NCBI GenBank assembly: GCA_963843375.1
Contig: CAWJKT010000002.1
Span: 1 to 44,330 of the forward strand
Origin: an uncultured Pseudomonadota bacterium
GTDB lineage: Bacteria > Oederibacteriota > Muellerivitia > Muellerivitales > Muellerivitaceae
Direction of reading: 5' to 3'
DNA length: 44,330 bases
The stretch's first letter is position 1. Each line of letters opens with the position of its first letter. A program made the position numbers and the translations under genes. Under the pieces are notes generated by a model that worked only from the letters and a program-made list of their open reading frames with translations, searched no databases and was not told where the DNA came from. Shown here piece by piece: positions 10,618 to 19,445 of this stretch.

Positions 10618-11814
10618 ATGGACATTTTCGATAAGGCGAATATTTGGACTGCCGCGGACGACGTACGGAAACTGGGACTCTATCCCTATTTCCGGGCCAT
10701 CACTTCTGGCCAGGATACCGAGGTCGTAGTCGGCGGGAAAAAGATGATAATGGTGGGTTCCAACAACTACCTGGGGCTGGTCAATCACCCCGAGGTCAAG
10801 GAGGCCATGATCCACGCCATCGAGAAATATGGTTCCAGTTGCACCGGTTCCCGGTTCCTGAACGGGACGCTTGATTTGCATGAGGAGTTGGAGCGGAAAT
10901 TGGCTGCTTTCGTGGGTCAGGAAGCCTGCTTGGTTTATTCTACTGGCTTTCAGGCCAATCTGGGGGTTCTTTCCACCATTGCCACCCGGGGTGATTACAT
11001 CATTTCCGACCGCGAAAACCACGCAAGCATCGTGGACGGACAAAAACTCTCCTTCGCTAAAACCGTCAAGCACGAGCATAGTAATATGGAAGACCTGGAG
11101 AGGGTCCTTGCCAATCATAAGGACGACCCCAAGCTCATTGTAACGGACGGAATCTATAGCATGGGTGGGGATATCTGCAAACTTCCCAAAATCATCGAAT
11201 TGAAAAAGAAATACAACGCCCGGGTGATGGTGGATGAGGCCCATTCCATCGGCGTCCTGGGAAAACACGGTGAAGGCACCGGCTTCCATTTTGGGGTCCA
11301 AAAAGACGTTGATATCGTCATGGCAACTTTCAGTAAGTCTTTCGCGGCTCTGGGAGGTTTTATCGCCTCGACGTACAAGGTGATTGACTTCCTGAGGCAT
11401 AATTCCCGCCCCCTGATCTTTTCGGCTTCCATGCCCCCAACCTCGGTGGCGGGAGTCTTGAAGGCCTTGGAAATTATGCAAAGAGAGCCCCAACGTATCG
11501 AAAAGCTCTGGAAAATTGTTCACCGAATGAAGAAAGCCTACGAGGATATGGGTTATCAGACCGGCGTTACGGAATCCCCTATCATTCCCCTGCATATCGG
11601 CGATGATCTGGTCACTTTCCAAATGACGAAGGAACTGGGCGAAGAAGGGGTTTTTGCCACCCCCATCGTCAGCCCCGCCGTGCCTCCCGGCATGGCCCTG
11701 ATTCGCACCAGTTACAGCGCCACCCATACCGATGCACAATTAGACTTCGTGCTGTCGAAGTTCAAAAAAATAGGTCAAAAAATGGGAGTTATTCCCACGG
11801 GAATTCACGTCTAA
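10618..11814 (+). CDS. spt: Serine palmitoyltransferase (PLP-dependent alpha-oxoamine synthase)
   Basis: LYPYFRAI, GSNNYLGL, GSRFLNGTLDLH, NHASIVDG, DEAH, TFSKS (PLP lysine) and LIFSAS. GSRFLNGT/YPYF/FSAS resemble bacterial SPT more than BioF, KBL or ALAS. GAGGT Shine-Dalgarno. Confidence 0.85.
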   Translation: MDIFDKANIWTAADDVRKLGLYPYFRAITSGQDTEVVVGGKKMIMVGSNNYLGLVNHPEVKEAMIHAIEKYGSSCTGSRFLNGTLDLHEELERKLAAFVGQEACLVYSTGFQANLGVLSTIATRGDYIISDRENHASIVDGQKLSFAKTVKHEHSNMEDLERVLANHKDDPKLIVTDGIYSMGGDICKLPKIIELKKKYNARVMVDEAHSIGVLGKHGEGTGFHFGVQKDVDIVMATFSKSFAALGGFIASTYKVIDFLRHNSRPLIFSASMPPTSVAGVLKALEIMQREPQRIEKLWKIVHRMKKAYEDMGYQTGVTESPIIPLHIGDDLVTFQMTKELGEEGVFATPIVSPAVPPGMALIRTSYSATHTDAQLDFVLSKFKKIGQKMGVIPTGIHV

Positions 11815-11858
11815 AATTAACCCACAATTGAATTGTCTTTTCTTGCAGGAGGGACAAA

Positions 11859-13058
11859 ATGGCTGTCGCAATCGAATCCGTTGATAAAAAAAATGCGGGG
11901 AGTTATCCAATGGCAGTCACCATTAAAACCGTTGACCTGAATAATAAAAAGGAAGTGGAGCAATTCCTCCACCTGCCTTGGAAAATCTATGTAACCCCCG
12001 ACGGTAAAAAGAATCCAAATTGGGTTCCTCCCTTTCTCGATGACCAACGCAGCCTCCTGAACCCGAGCAAAAATCCCTACCACATCCATAGCCAGACCAA
12101 GCTTTTCATGGCCTTCAACGACAAAAACGAATTGGTGGGCCGGATTTCCGCCAGCGTGGACGACAATTTTAATAAGTTCTGGAATGATAAGGTCGGTTTT
12201 TTCGGCTGGTTTGAATGCATCAATGACCCGGCCGTGGCTCAGGCCCTTTTCCAGGCTGGGGAGAAGTTTTTTAAGGATGGAGGAATGACCAGTGTCCGCG
12301 GCCCCGCCAGTTTCTCTTCCAACGACGACTATTTCGGTTTTCTCCTTGAAGGCTACGACTCCCCTGCCCGCATCGCCATGACCTATAACCCTCCCTATTA
12401 CATCGAATTGGCCGAGAAATCGGGTTATACCAAAGCCAAAGATCTTTATGCCTGGTACCTTTCGGCGGAGATCGACCTGCCGGAACGTATCGTCAAGATC
12501 GCCGAACGCACCATGAAAAGGGAAAGAATCACCATCCGTCCCCTTAACATGAAAAGGCTCTATCAGGACGCCGCCATCCTCAAGGATCTTTACAACAAGA
12601 TTTGGGAAAAAAACTGGGGCTTCGTTCCCATGACCGACGCGGAATTTAACTATCAAGTCAAGAAGCTCAAGGATATCGTCTGGCCCGATTTCGTGGTTTT
12701 CGCCGAGGTGGAGGGTCGAGCCATCGGTTTCAACCTGGTCGTTCCCGATGTGAACCAGGCGCTCATCAAGATGGACGGCGAGCTTTTTTCATTACACGAT
12801 CCTTTCGCGCTAGTGAAATTCCTCACTTGTAAATTTGATGACACCCGCGAGATGGCCATGGGAGTTCTTCCCGAATACCGCAAGAAGGGTCTGGAAGCCA
12901 TTCTTTACCTAGAAGCCCTGAAAACCGGCAAAAAACGCAAAATCAAGGGCGGCGAGTTGTCATGGACCCTGGAAGATAACGAAGGAATCAATAACGGTAT
13001 CGCAGCCATGGGCGGGAAAATTATCAAGAAGTACAGGATCTACAGTAAAACCTTGTAA
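11859..13058 (+). CDS. bcerS: GNAT-fold N-acyltransferase, bacterial ceramide synthase (bCerS/YghO-like)
   Basis: LPWKIY..PNWVPP, KNP, VGRISA, GFFGWFECIND, VRGP, YNPPYY, NWGFVPMT, MGVLPEYRKKG, ELSWTLEDN; lies directly downstream of spt. Alternative in-frame start at 11910. Confidence 0.8.
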   Translation: MAVAIESVDKKNAGSYPMAVTIKTVDLNNKKEVEQFLHLPWKIYVTPDGKKNPNWVPPFLDDQRSLLNPSKNPYHIHSQTKLFMAFNDKNELVGRISASVDDNFNKFWNDKVGFFGWFECINDPAVAQALFQAGEKFFKDGGMTSVRGPASFSSNDDYFGFLLEGYDSPARIAMTYNPPYYIELAEKSGYTKAKDLYAWYLSAEIDLPERIVKIAERTMKRERITIRPLNMKRLYQDAAILKDLYNKIWEKNWGFVPMTDAEFNYQVKKLKDIVWPDFVVFAEVEGRAIGFNLVVPDVNQALIKMDGELFSLHDPFALVKFLTCKFDDTREMAMGVLPEYRKKGLEAILYLEALKTGKKRKIKGGELSWTLEDNEGINNGIAAMGGKIIKKYRIYSKTL

Positions 13059-13190
13059 AGATTTCAATCTTTGATCAAAAAGTTGACACTAAAAGAGAAA
13101 TAATTTTACGGTCATTTATTTAATTTATTCTTTTGATGGTCTTGGTTCCCATTATGCCCTTCCTGGATAAATGGGTTTTTCGTAAAGGAC

Positions 13191-13946
13191 TCAAATTCCG
13201 AATAGCAATCCGATTTCAATCGGCACCACAATATTCGGGCTGTCGGTTGAACCAAAGTTCGCGAAATGGGCCGTGGTGAAATCATAAGTCAGTTTGCCCT
13301 GGAGCAAAACCGCCATTTCCTTATCCAGCCTCATCTCCAATCCCAAGCCACCTTCCGCTAAAAAATCAAATTCAATGGCATCAATAGGGATATATTCATA
13401 GTAGGTTGTGGTATCGACAATAATACCCCCATCGCTTCGGTACTCGTTGTAGGCCAATCCCGGACCCAAAAAAACATAGGGGCTGATATTCGATTCCAGC
13501 AACCGGTAACGGGCCCAAAACACCGCCTCGATGATGTTGAAATTATTGCCGTTGGTCAGTTGGTCGTTCTTTGAATTAAAAAGATCCAAATCCAAATCAA
13601 GCCAGAGGGAAAATTGACTGGTCACCTTGTAGCCAGTCCCTAAATCCAGGTTAAAACCCGTGCCAAAAGCGGTTCGAAGGTTCGGGCTCTTGGGCAAACC
13701 CATCCCCAATCCCGCCGAAGACATGAAAGGCGAGGGTTTCTTTTTCTGCATTTGTTCGGGCACCGGACCCGCCGACTCGGGTGCCCAGGTGGGGGCCAGG
13801 ATAGGAGTGTTCGTGGGCCGGGGGGTAAAAGTTATGGTCGGGGTAGCTGTTTCCGTTGCGGTGACTGTAGGCGTGGGCGTTCCGCCCGCCAAGGCGGTTC
13901 CGGCCCCTGTCACGAATATTAAAACCGAAAGAATTCTGATTTTCAT
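13191..13946 (-). CDS. Outer-membrane beta-barrel protein with signal peptide and Thr/Pro-rich linker
   Basis: Signal peptide ending ALA, TPTPTVTATETATPT linker, amphipathic strands (SPYVFLGPGLAY, EGGLGLEM), aromatic residue near the C-terminus (GLLFGI). Confidence 0.7.
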   Translation of the reverse strand: MKIRILSVLIFVTGAGTALAGGTPTPTVTATETATPTITFTPRPTNTPILAPTWAPESAGPVPEQMQKKKPSPFMSSAGLGMGLPKSPNLRTAFGTGFNLDLGTGYKVTSQFSLWLDLDLDLFNSKNDQLTNGNNFNIIEAVFWARYRLLESNISPYVFLGPGLAYNEYRSDGGIIVDTTTYYEYIPIDAIEFDFLAEGGLGLEMRLDKEMAVLLQGKLTYDFTTAHFANFGSTDSPNIVVPIEIGLLFGI

Positions 13947-14061
13947 CAATACCCTGTTTAGATTCTAATAAATCTTTAGACGATTTTAGAATTCGAAATG
14001 ACCTCTTTACAATTAAATCCTCAATAACTGAAGATAAGATACCAAAAAACAAAGGAACTCT

Positions 14062-14470
14062 ATGCCCTATCCCAAAGCAACTTATGAGGTCTTAATCCTT
14101 GAATCTTATTTGGATTCCTTCGGTCATGTAAACAATGCCGCCTACCTGACCCTTTTCGAGGAAGCCCGGTGGGACTTTATTACCAAGAATGGTTATGGAC
14201 TCAATAAGGTCCTGGAGACTCCAGCAAGGCCCTGTCGTTCTGGAACTGAGCATGAAATTTAAAAAAGAAATCCGATTAAGGGAAAAGATTAAAATCACCT
14301 TTGAGATGCTGGCCCACACGGGAAAGATCAGCCGTTTCCGGCAGGAAATGATCAGGGAAGACGGAAGCGTCGCCACCGAACTGGAACTGACCTTCGGACT
14401 CTTTGATTTTAAGACCCGCCGCTTAGTCGACCCTTCCCCCGAGTGGAAGAAGGCCATTGGACTCGAATAA
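14062..14470 (+). CDS. Acyl-CoA thioesterase (4HBT/YbgC hot-dog fold), one frameshift near 14221
   Basis: LDSFGHVNNAAYLTLFEEAR motif. One extra base near 14220-14222 joins ...NKVLET to QQGPVVLELSMKFKKE.... Confidence 0.8.
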
Positions 14471-14527
14471 GGGATTACCCCATCTTGTTACAGTCACTAG
14501 GAGCCCAGTGTCTCTCGTGGAATTTTT

Positions 14528-17500
14528 TTAAAACCCCAGGTTCAACCCTGCGGAAAGGCCGTCGGAACTATATCCCGTCATTCCAACATTGCTTTGGTAC
14601 TGCGCTTGGGCGGAAAGCCCATTGCCGAATTGGGCGTTCAGACCCGCGACGATGACGGCCGCATTGGCACCCAATGCCGGACCATCCACCGTAAAGGCGT
14701 TGGTGGAATTTCCTAAATCAGCCTGCAGTTGATTCAAACTGCCTTGATAAACATGTTCCCAGGCCAAACTTAAATTGGGTCCCAAGGAAAAACCTCCTAT
14801 ATCCCAGACGCGGGTGGCCTTAACCCCCAACTGACTCGTGAGGTCTCCTTGACCCTGATTGGGAAAAAAGAGGGGTGTCGTGGAACCCGTTTCTTGGAAG
14901 GCGTTCGCTTGAACATAGGTGTATTGGCCCGTTACCAGGGGGCCCACTTTCATCTGGTCCACTTTCCAATCGTATCCCGCACCCAATTGGAAGCTATATT
15001 GCATTCCCCGGGTGGTCCCATCAGCCGGCCCACCATAACTGGTCCTAATCGTTGTGTAATTGTTCACTCCACCGTCCACCAAGCCATCTAGGTAAAAACC
15101 ACTTGACTTCCATCCGCCATAAAGGCCCACCTGCCCGCCCGAACTATCCACCGTACTGTTGGATTGGGACGTACCCGAGGAGGTAAAACCCAGCAAAAGA
15201 CCCCCCACGAGGTCACGGTCAAAGCGATAGTCCATTCCAGCGGCCATCCCGCCAATGGAGAAATTGTATCCGGAGGCGTTAGAATCCCCGGTTACGGTTC
15301 CGAACTCACCTAAGCCATTCATGAAAACATTCCACTGATTGGAAGAGGGGCTATTGTCCATCGCCGCTTCTTGAGAAGGGCTCATCGTCGAAGCGAACAT
15401 CCGACCCTGGCCATTATTAGCCACCATGGGCCGGGATTGGGAATTCCACTGGTCCCAAAGGTCCGCGAGTCTTTTAGTCACCAAGGCCCCGCGGCTTTCT
15501 TCAGAAGCGAAGCCCATTTGGAAGAGAGGCGTGATACCCGCGGGTGATATCAATTCATAGGCTTTCACCAATGAGGAAGCCTGTTGGGTACCCAGATTAA
15601 GCATCAAAGCCTGATCGTTCGGGTTGAGATAAAGATTATCCAAGGCCGATCCAACCGCCCTTTCGTTAAAGGTCTGCCCCAACGCCTCGAAGGAGGGTTG
15701 AATGGCTACGATATTTACCTGAGCGGGAAAATAGATTGGCAGGAACCGGAAACCACTTATCGAATTAACCACGGAGGTGAAGTTCCCTGAAAGTCCATTC
15801 GCAGTCATGACTAAATAGATACTCCCCAAGCTGGGGGTGAAGCCAGAATAGGAAAAAACCATTAGCGTACCGTTCAAACTCGCTGTCCCAGCAATGCCGA
15901 ACGTATCATATTGCCCATAACCGGAACCCGCCAAACCCATTTGAAGCGTTCCTCCAGTAGATTGAGTGTAGTTGGCTCCCATATAAACGTATAAAGGACC
16001 TCCACTGGTATCGAGGATTCCGTTTTTTAGAAAAACTGAACTATACCCAAGAGAACCAGCATTGCCGACGGAAAGGGTACCTCCCAATATGGTGGTACTC
16101 CCGATATAGTAATTGGTATTGGTAAGGGTAAGGGTGCCTGTACCTAATTTGGTGAGGGAACCACCAAGACCGGCATCAGTAATCTGGCTTAAAATCGTCG
16201 TTGAAAGATTATTGATTCCCGTAGTCAAATCGTTGGCACCAAGGTTGATGGAGCTTCCAAGCGCGCCGTCAATAGAAGCGAACGTCACGCTACCTGCCGT
16301 ACTGGAAGCAATGCTGAGGTTACCCCCATTGAGCATTAACTGGGCCGTGCCCCCCTGGGCGTTTCCCGAAAAACTAATTTGTCCGTTGTTGTTCGTAATT
16401 TGGGCGCTTCCGGCGTTGGAATCGGATCCAAATTGGACTAAGCCAGTGTTGATCAGTTGGGCATTCCCGGCACTGGCCACGGTCGTAGCCGAGTCCCCGG
16501 CAAAGAAAATATCCCCACTATTGCTAATGAGAGCGTTTCCCGCCGTGGAATTGTCCGAAAAACTCATCAGGCTATTATTCACTATGGTTGCGTTGGCTGC
16601 CGTCGAACTATTGGCAAATGTGACGGTAGCGTTATTGGTAATGTTGGCGATACCCGCTGAAGAGGAATTATTGAAATTAATTAAACCGGAATTGGTAATC
16701 GAGGAGGGACCAGCGCTGGAGGAATTATTAAAATTAATGTTGCCGTTGTTATTGATACCATTGGCCGCGATGGACAAGTCGGAATAATCAAGGATCGCGG
16801 TAGAAAATACATTAACCGTTCCACTTCCCAGGGTTCCGTCATCCACGACCAAGGTACCGGCAATCACGGAAGTACCCCCGGTATAGGTGTTTCGCGCCCG
16901 TCAGGGTGAGGGTACCGAGTCCGTCTTTGGAGAGAGAACCACCCAGGCCGCCGTCCTGAATAATCCCTGAAACTGTCGTGGAAAGACCATTGGTGCCGGT
17001 ATATAGGTCATTGGCACCCAAGTTGAAATTACCTCCCCCGGCAATGGAACCCAAGGTCACGCTACCGGTCTCGCCGCTGATATCCAACAGGCCCCCTGAA
17101 TTGACCGTAAACTGGGCTTGGACGCCTTGGGCGTTGCCAGTAAAACTCACGGCTCCCCCGCTATTGGTGGAAATCTCGGCGGTGCCGGCATTGGCATTGC
17201 CGGTTAGATTTAATAAACCATTGTTATAAACAGTGGAGTTTCCGACCGATGAATTATCCTGAAAAGTAATGGTTGAACCGGCGGCATTGGTCAATAAAAC
17301 GCCGATCGCCTGGGAGGTGTTTTCAAAAAGAACATTTCCACCGTTATTAATCAAGGTCTGTTGGACACCAGAGACGTTATTGATGCCAGATCCTGCGAGG
17401 GCCATTGAATTACCGTCGGTCAAGATTCCGAACGAGGAAGTGCCATTAAATAAAAGGGTATCGAGGGTAACGGCGGCGCTTAAGGAAAGACTTGTCACGG

Positions 17501-17693
17501 AAGAAGTGCCAAAAGTCGCGGTAGCGCTAGTGCTGTTGGGCACGGTTCCCGTGTCCCAATCGCCGGAGGTATTCCAGTCGGTCGTTACGGGGCTGGAAAG
17601 CCACGTTTGGGCCCGGACACCGGAAGCGCCAAAATATAGGGCGATACTTACCAGCAAAGACCTTTTGAGAAAACCACCGATTTGGAACTTCAT
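14528..17693 (-). CDS. Type Va autotransporter (Asn/Ser/Gly/Thr-rich beta-helical passenger with PATR repeats), one frameshift
   Basis: ATG 17693 with GAGGAGG Shine-Dalgarno and signal peptide (VRA-Q). Removing one base of TTT 16890-16892 restores GTLTLTGANTYTGGTSVIAGTL; a second repeat reads GSLTKLGTGTLTLT. C-terminal barrel ends LNLGF. Confidence 0.88.
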
Positions 17694-17719
17694 ATACCTT
17701 CCCTCCTCACTCAAATAAA

Positions 17720-19337
17720 TTAATTATTGCCGCGCCTTAATACCTGCCCCGGATATCGTCCTGAAAAACCATTTTTAGCATCATAGACCCACTGGCCGTT
17801 CACAAGCACCAATTCTACCCCAGTCGGCGGCACCCAGGGATTAACCGCGGTGGCATTATCTCCGATGGTCCGGGGATCAAATACCACAACGTCCCCCCAA
17901 TAGCCCTCTTTTAAAAGCCCGCGATCTTTAAGACCCATCAACTTGGCGGGTTCATAGGTAAGGCGGTTGATGGCTTCCGACAGCCGGATTACCCTTTTTT
18001 CACGCACGTAAGTCCCCAAAAGGCGGGCAAATGCCCCCACATCCCGGGGATGTGGGATGGCGCTGGTGGAATCGGAACCGAAAAGGATAAAGGGCGCTTG
18101 AATTTTCTTAATCAGCCCTTCTTCCGAAAGTCCGTGATAGCAAATCTTGACGTATGGCCCGTTCTCGATCAACAGGGCCAGCACCGCCTGCTCTTCGGTG
18201 ATTTTTCGTTGTTTGGCCATATCGGCGATGGTATCACCCAGGAAGCTTTTAAAGGCCCTGGACCTGACCCGGGTAATTTCCACCTTGTCCCCTCCCCCAT
18301 ATTCCTGGAGCCGTTTATGAATGAGGGCCAAAGTGGCGGCCGTGCGGTCGTCATTGCGGTAATAAGCCCATTGCGCGGCCTCGGGTTTTAAGTAGAGGAA
18401 CTGGATAAAGGGGAATCTGAACTTCGTTGCCCCAAAAGTCATAGGGATAAACCGTGGCGTAAACCGGATGACCATCCTGGTCGGCTTCTTCCAATAAGAC
18501 GAAGACCGCTTTCGGTCTGGTCCCAATTGCTGGGAAGCTTGAAAAGAAGGTGCTGGATGACGACCGGCACTTGATCTATTCACCCAGGTGGATGGCTTCT
18601 TTCATCGCCTCCAAAACATTCGAACGGTAATTTCGGATATGGCTGTAATAGACCGCGTGGGGATACTTGGTCAGGACCGAAGCCAGGTCTTCCAACTCCG
18701 CGGGTTGGCACCATTCCCCCGGTTCATAACCCAACCCGCTGGATAGTCCGAAGGCTCCGGCTTCCAATGCCCCTTGGAGGAAAAGTTTCATGATGGCCAT
18801 TTCCTGCGGAGTTGCCGGTTTTTGCTTGTTGGTTTTTACGAACCAATCACGAAGCGTGCCTTGGCCGATCAGGGTGCCCAGGTTCAGGATTCCGGGATAC
18901 TTTTCAAGTTTTGCGAGGTTCTTCTGCACGTCCAGGACGGAGAAGCCACAGTTGCCAGCAAGCCCGGCAGTGACCCCCTCGCGAATGGCCCGCTGTTGCT
19001 CGGCAAGGGTCCAGAGAAGGTCGTTATGGCAGAGGATGTCGATAAAGCCGGGGGAAACCACTAGCCCTGTGGCATCCACCACCTTATCAGCTTTGCTATT
19101 GGCCAAATCGCCAATTTGTACGATTTTGCCGGCTTCAATGGCCATATCCGCCTTGTAGGGCGGAAGGCCCGAACCATCCACGATCAGGCCATTTTTGAGG
19201 ATGATGTCATAATGGTCATCGGCATGGATCGCCATGGGCAAAAGAAGATGAAGAAAAGCAAACCAATAAAATTTCAAACAAAACTCCGGATGACGGGGCA
19301 TTAAGACTTTGAAAGTATAAGAGAGGCGGGAAGTCAC
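17720..19337 (-). CDS. Amidohydrolase, N-acyl-D-amino-acid deacylase family, with at least 3 frameshifts at ~18400-18580
   Basis: DIILKNGLIVDGSG, PGFID, GNCGFS, GAFGLSSGLGYEPG, SHIR. Hand-read middle pieces VPVVIQH and VYPYDF. C-terminal GSD, HPR.VGAFAR, DRGLLKEGYWGDVVVFDP. Start may be ATG 19301; possible signal peptide. Confidence 0.8.
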
Positions 19338-19445
19338 TTCAACAAAGCAAAATTACCACTAGGGCCGCCACATCGCAAAACTCGCCAAACGGCGCCGTTC
19401 CTCGCGATGAAAGCAAAAACTCAAATCATGAAATGACGACTATTT

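Noticed and set aside
10618..11814. Alternative call of the PLP enzyme as BioF, KBL or the sulfonolipid enzyme CapB
   Set aside because: No bio or tdh genes nearby. The motifs and the adjacent bCerS-like gene favour Spt, and cysDN is 30 kb away. A phylogeny is still needed to exclude these formally.
10600..12901. Long antisense ORFs opposite spt and bcerS (379, 279 and 82 aa)
   Set aside because: Shadow frames of well-supported genes, with no motifs or Shine-Dalgarno; expected from codon bias.
16113..17718. Hydrophobic + strand ORFs (224, 83 and 149 aa)
   Set aside because: Antisense mirror of the Asn/Ser/Thr-rich autotransporter passenger.
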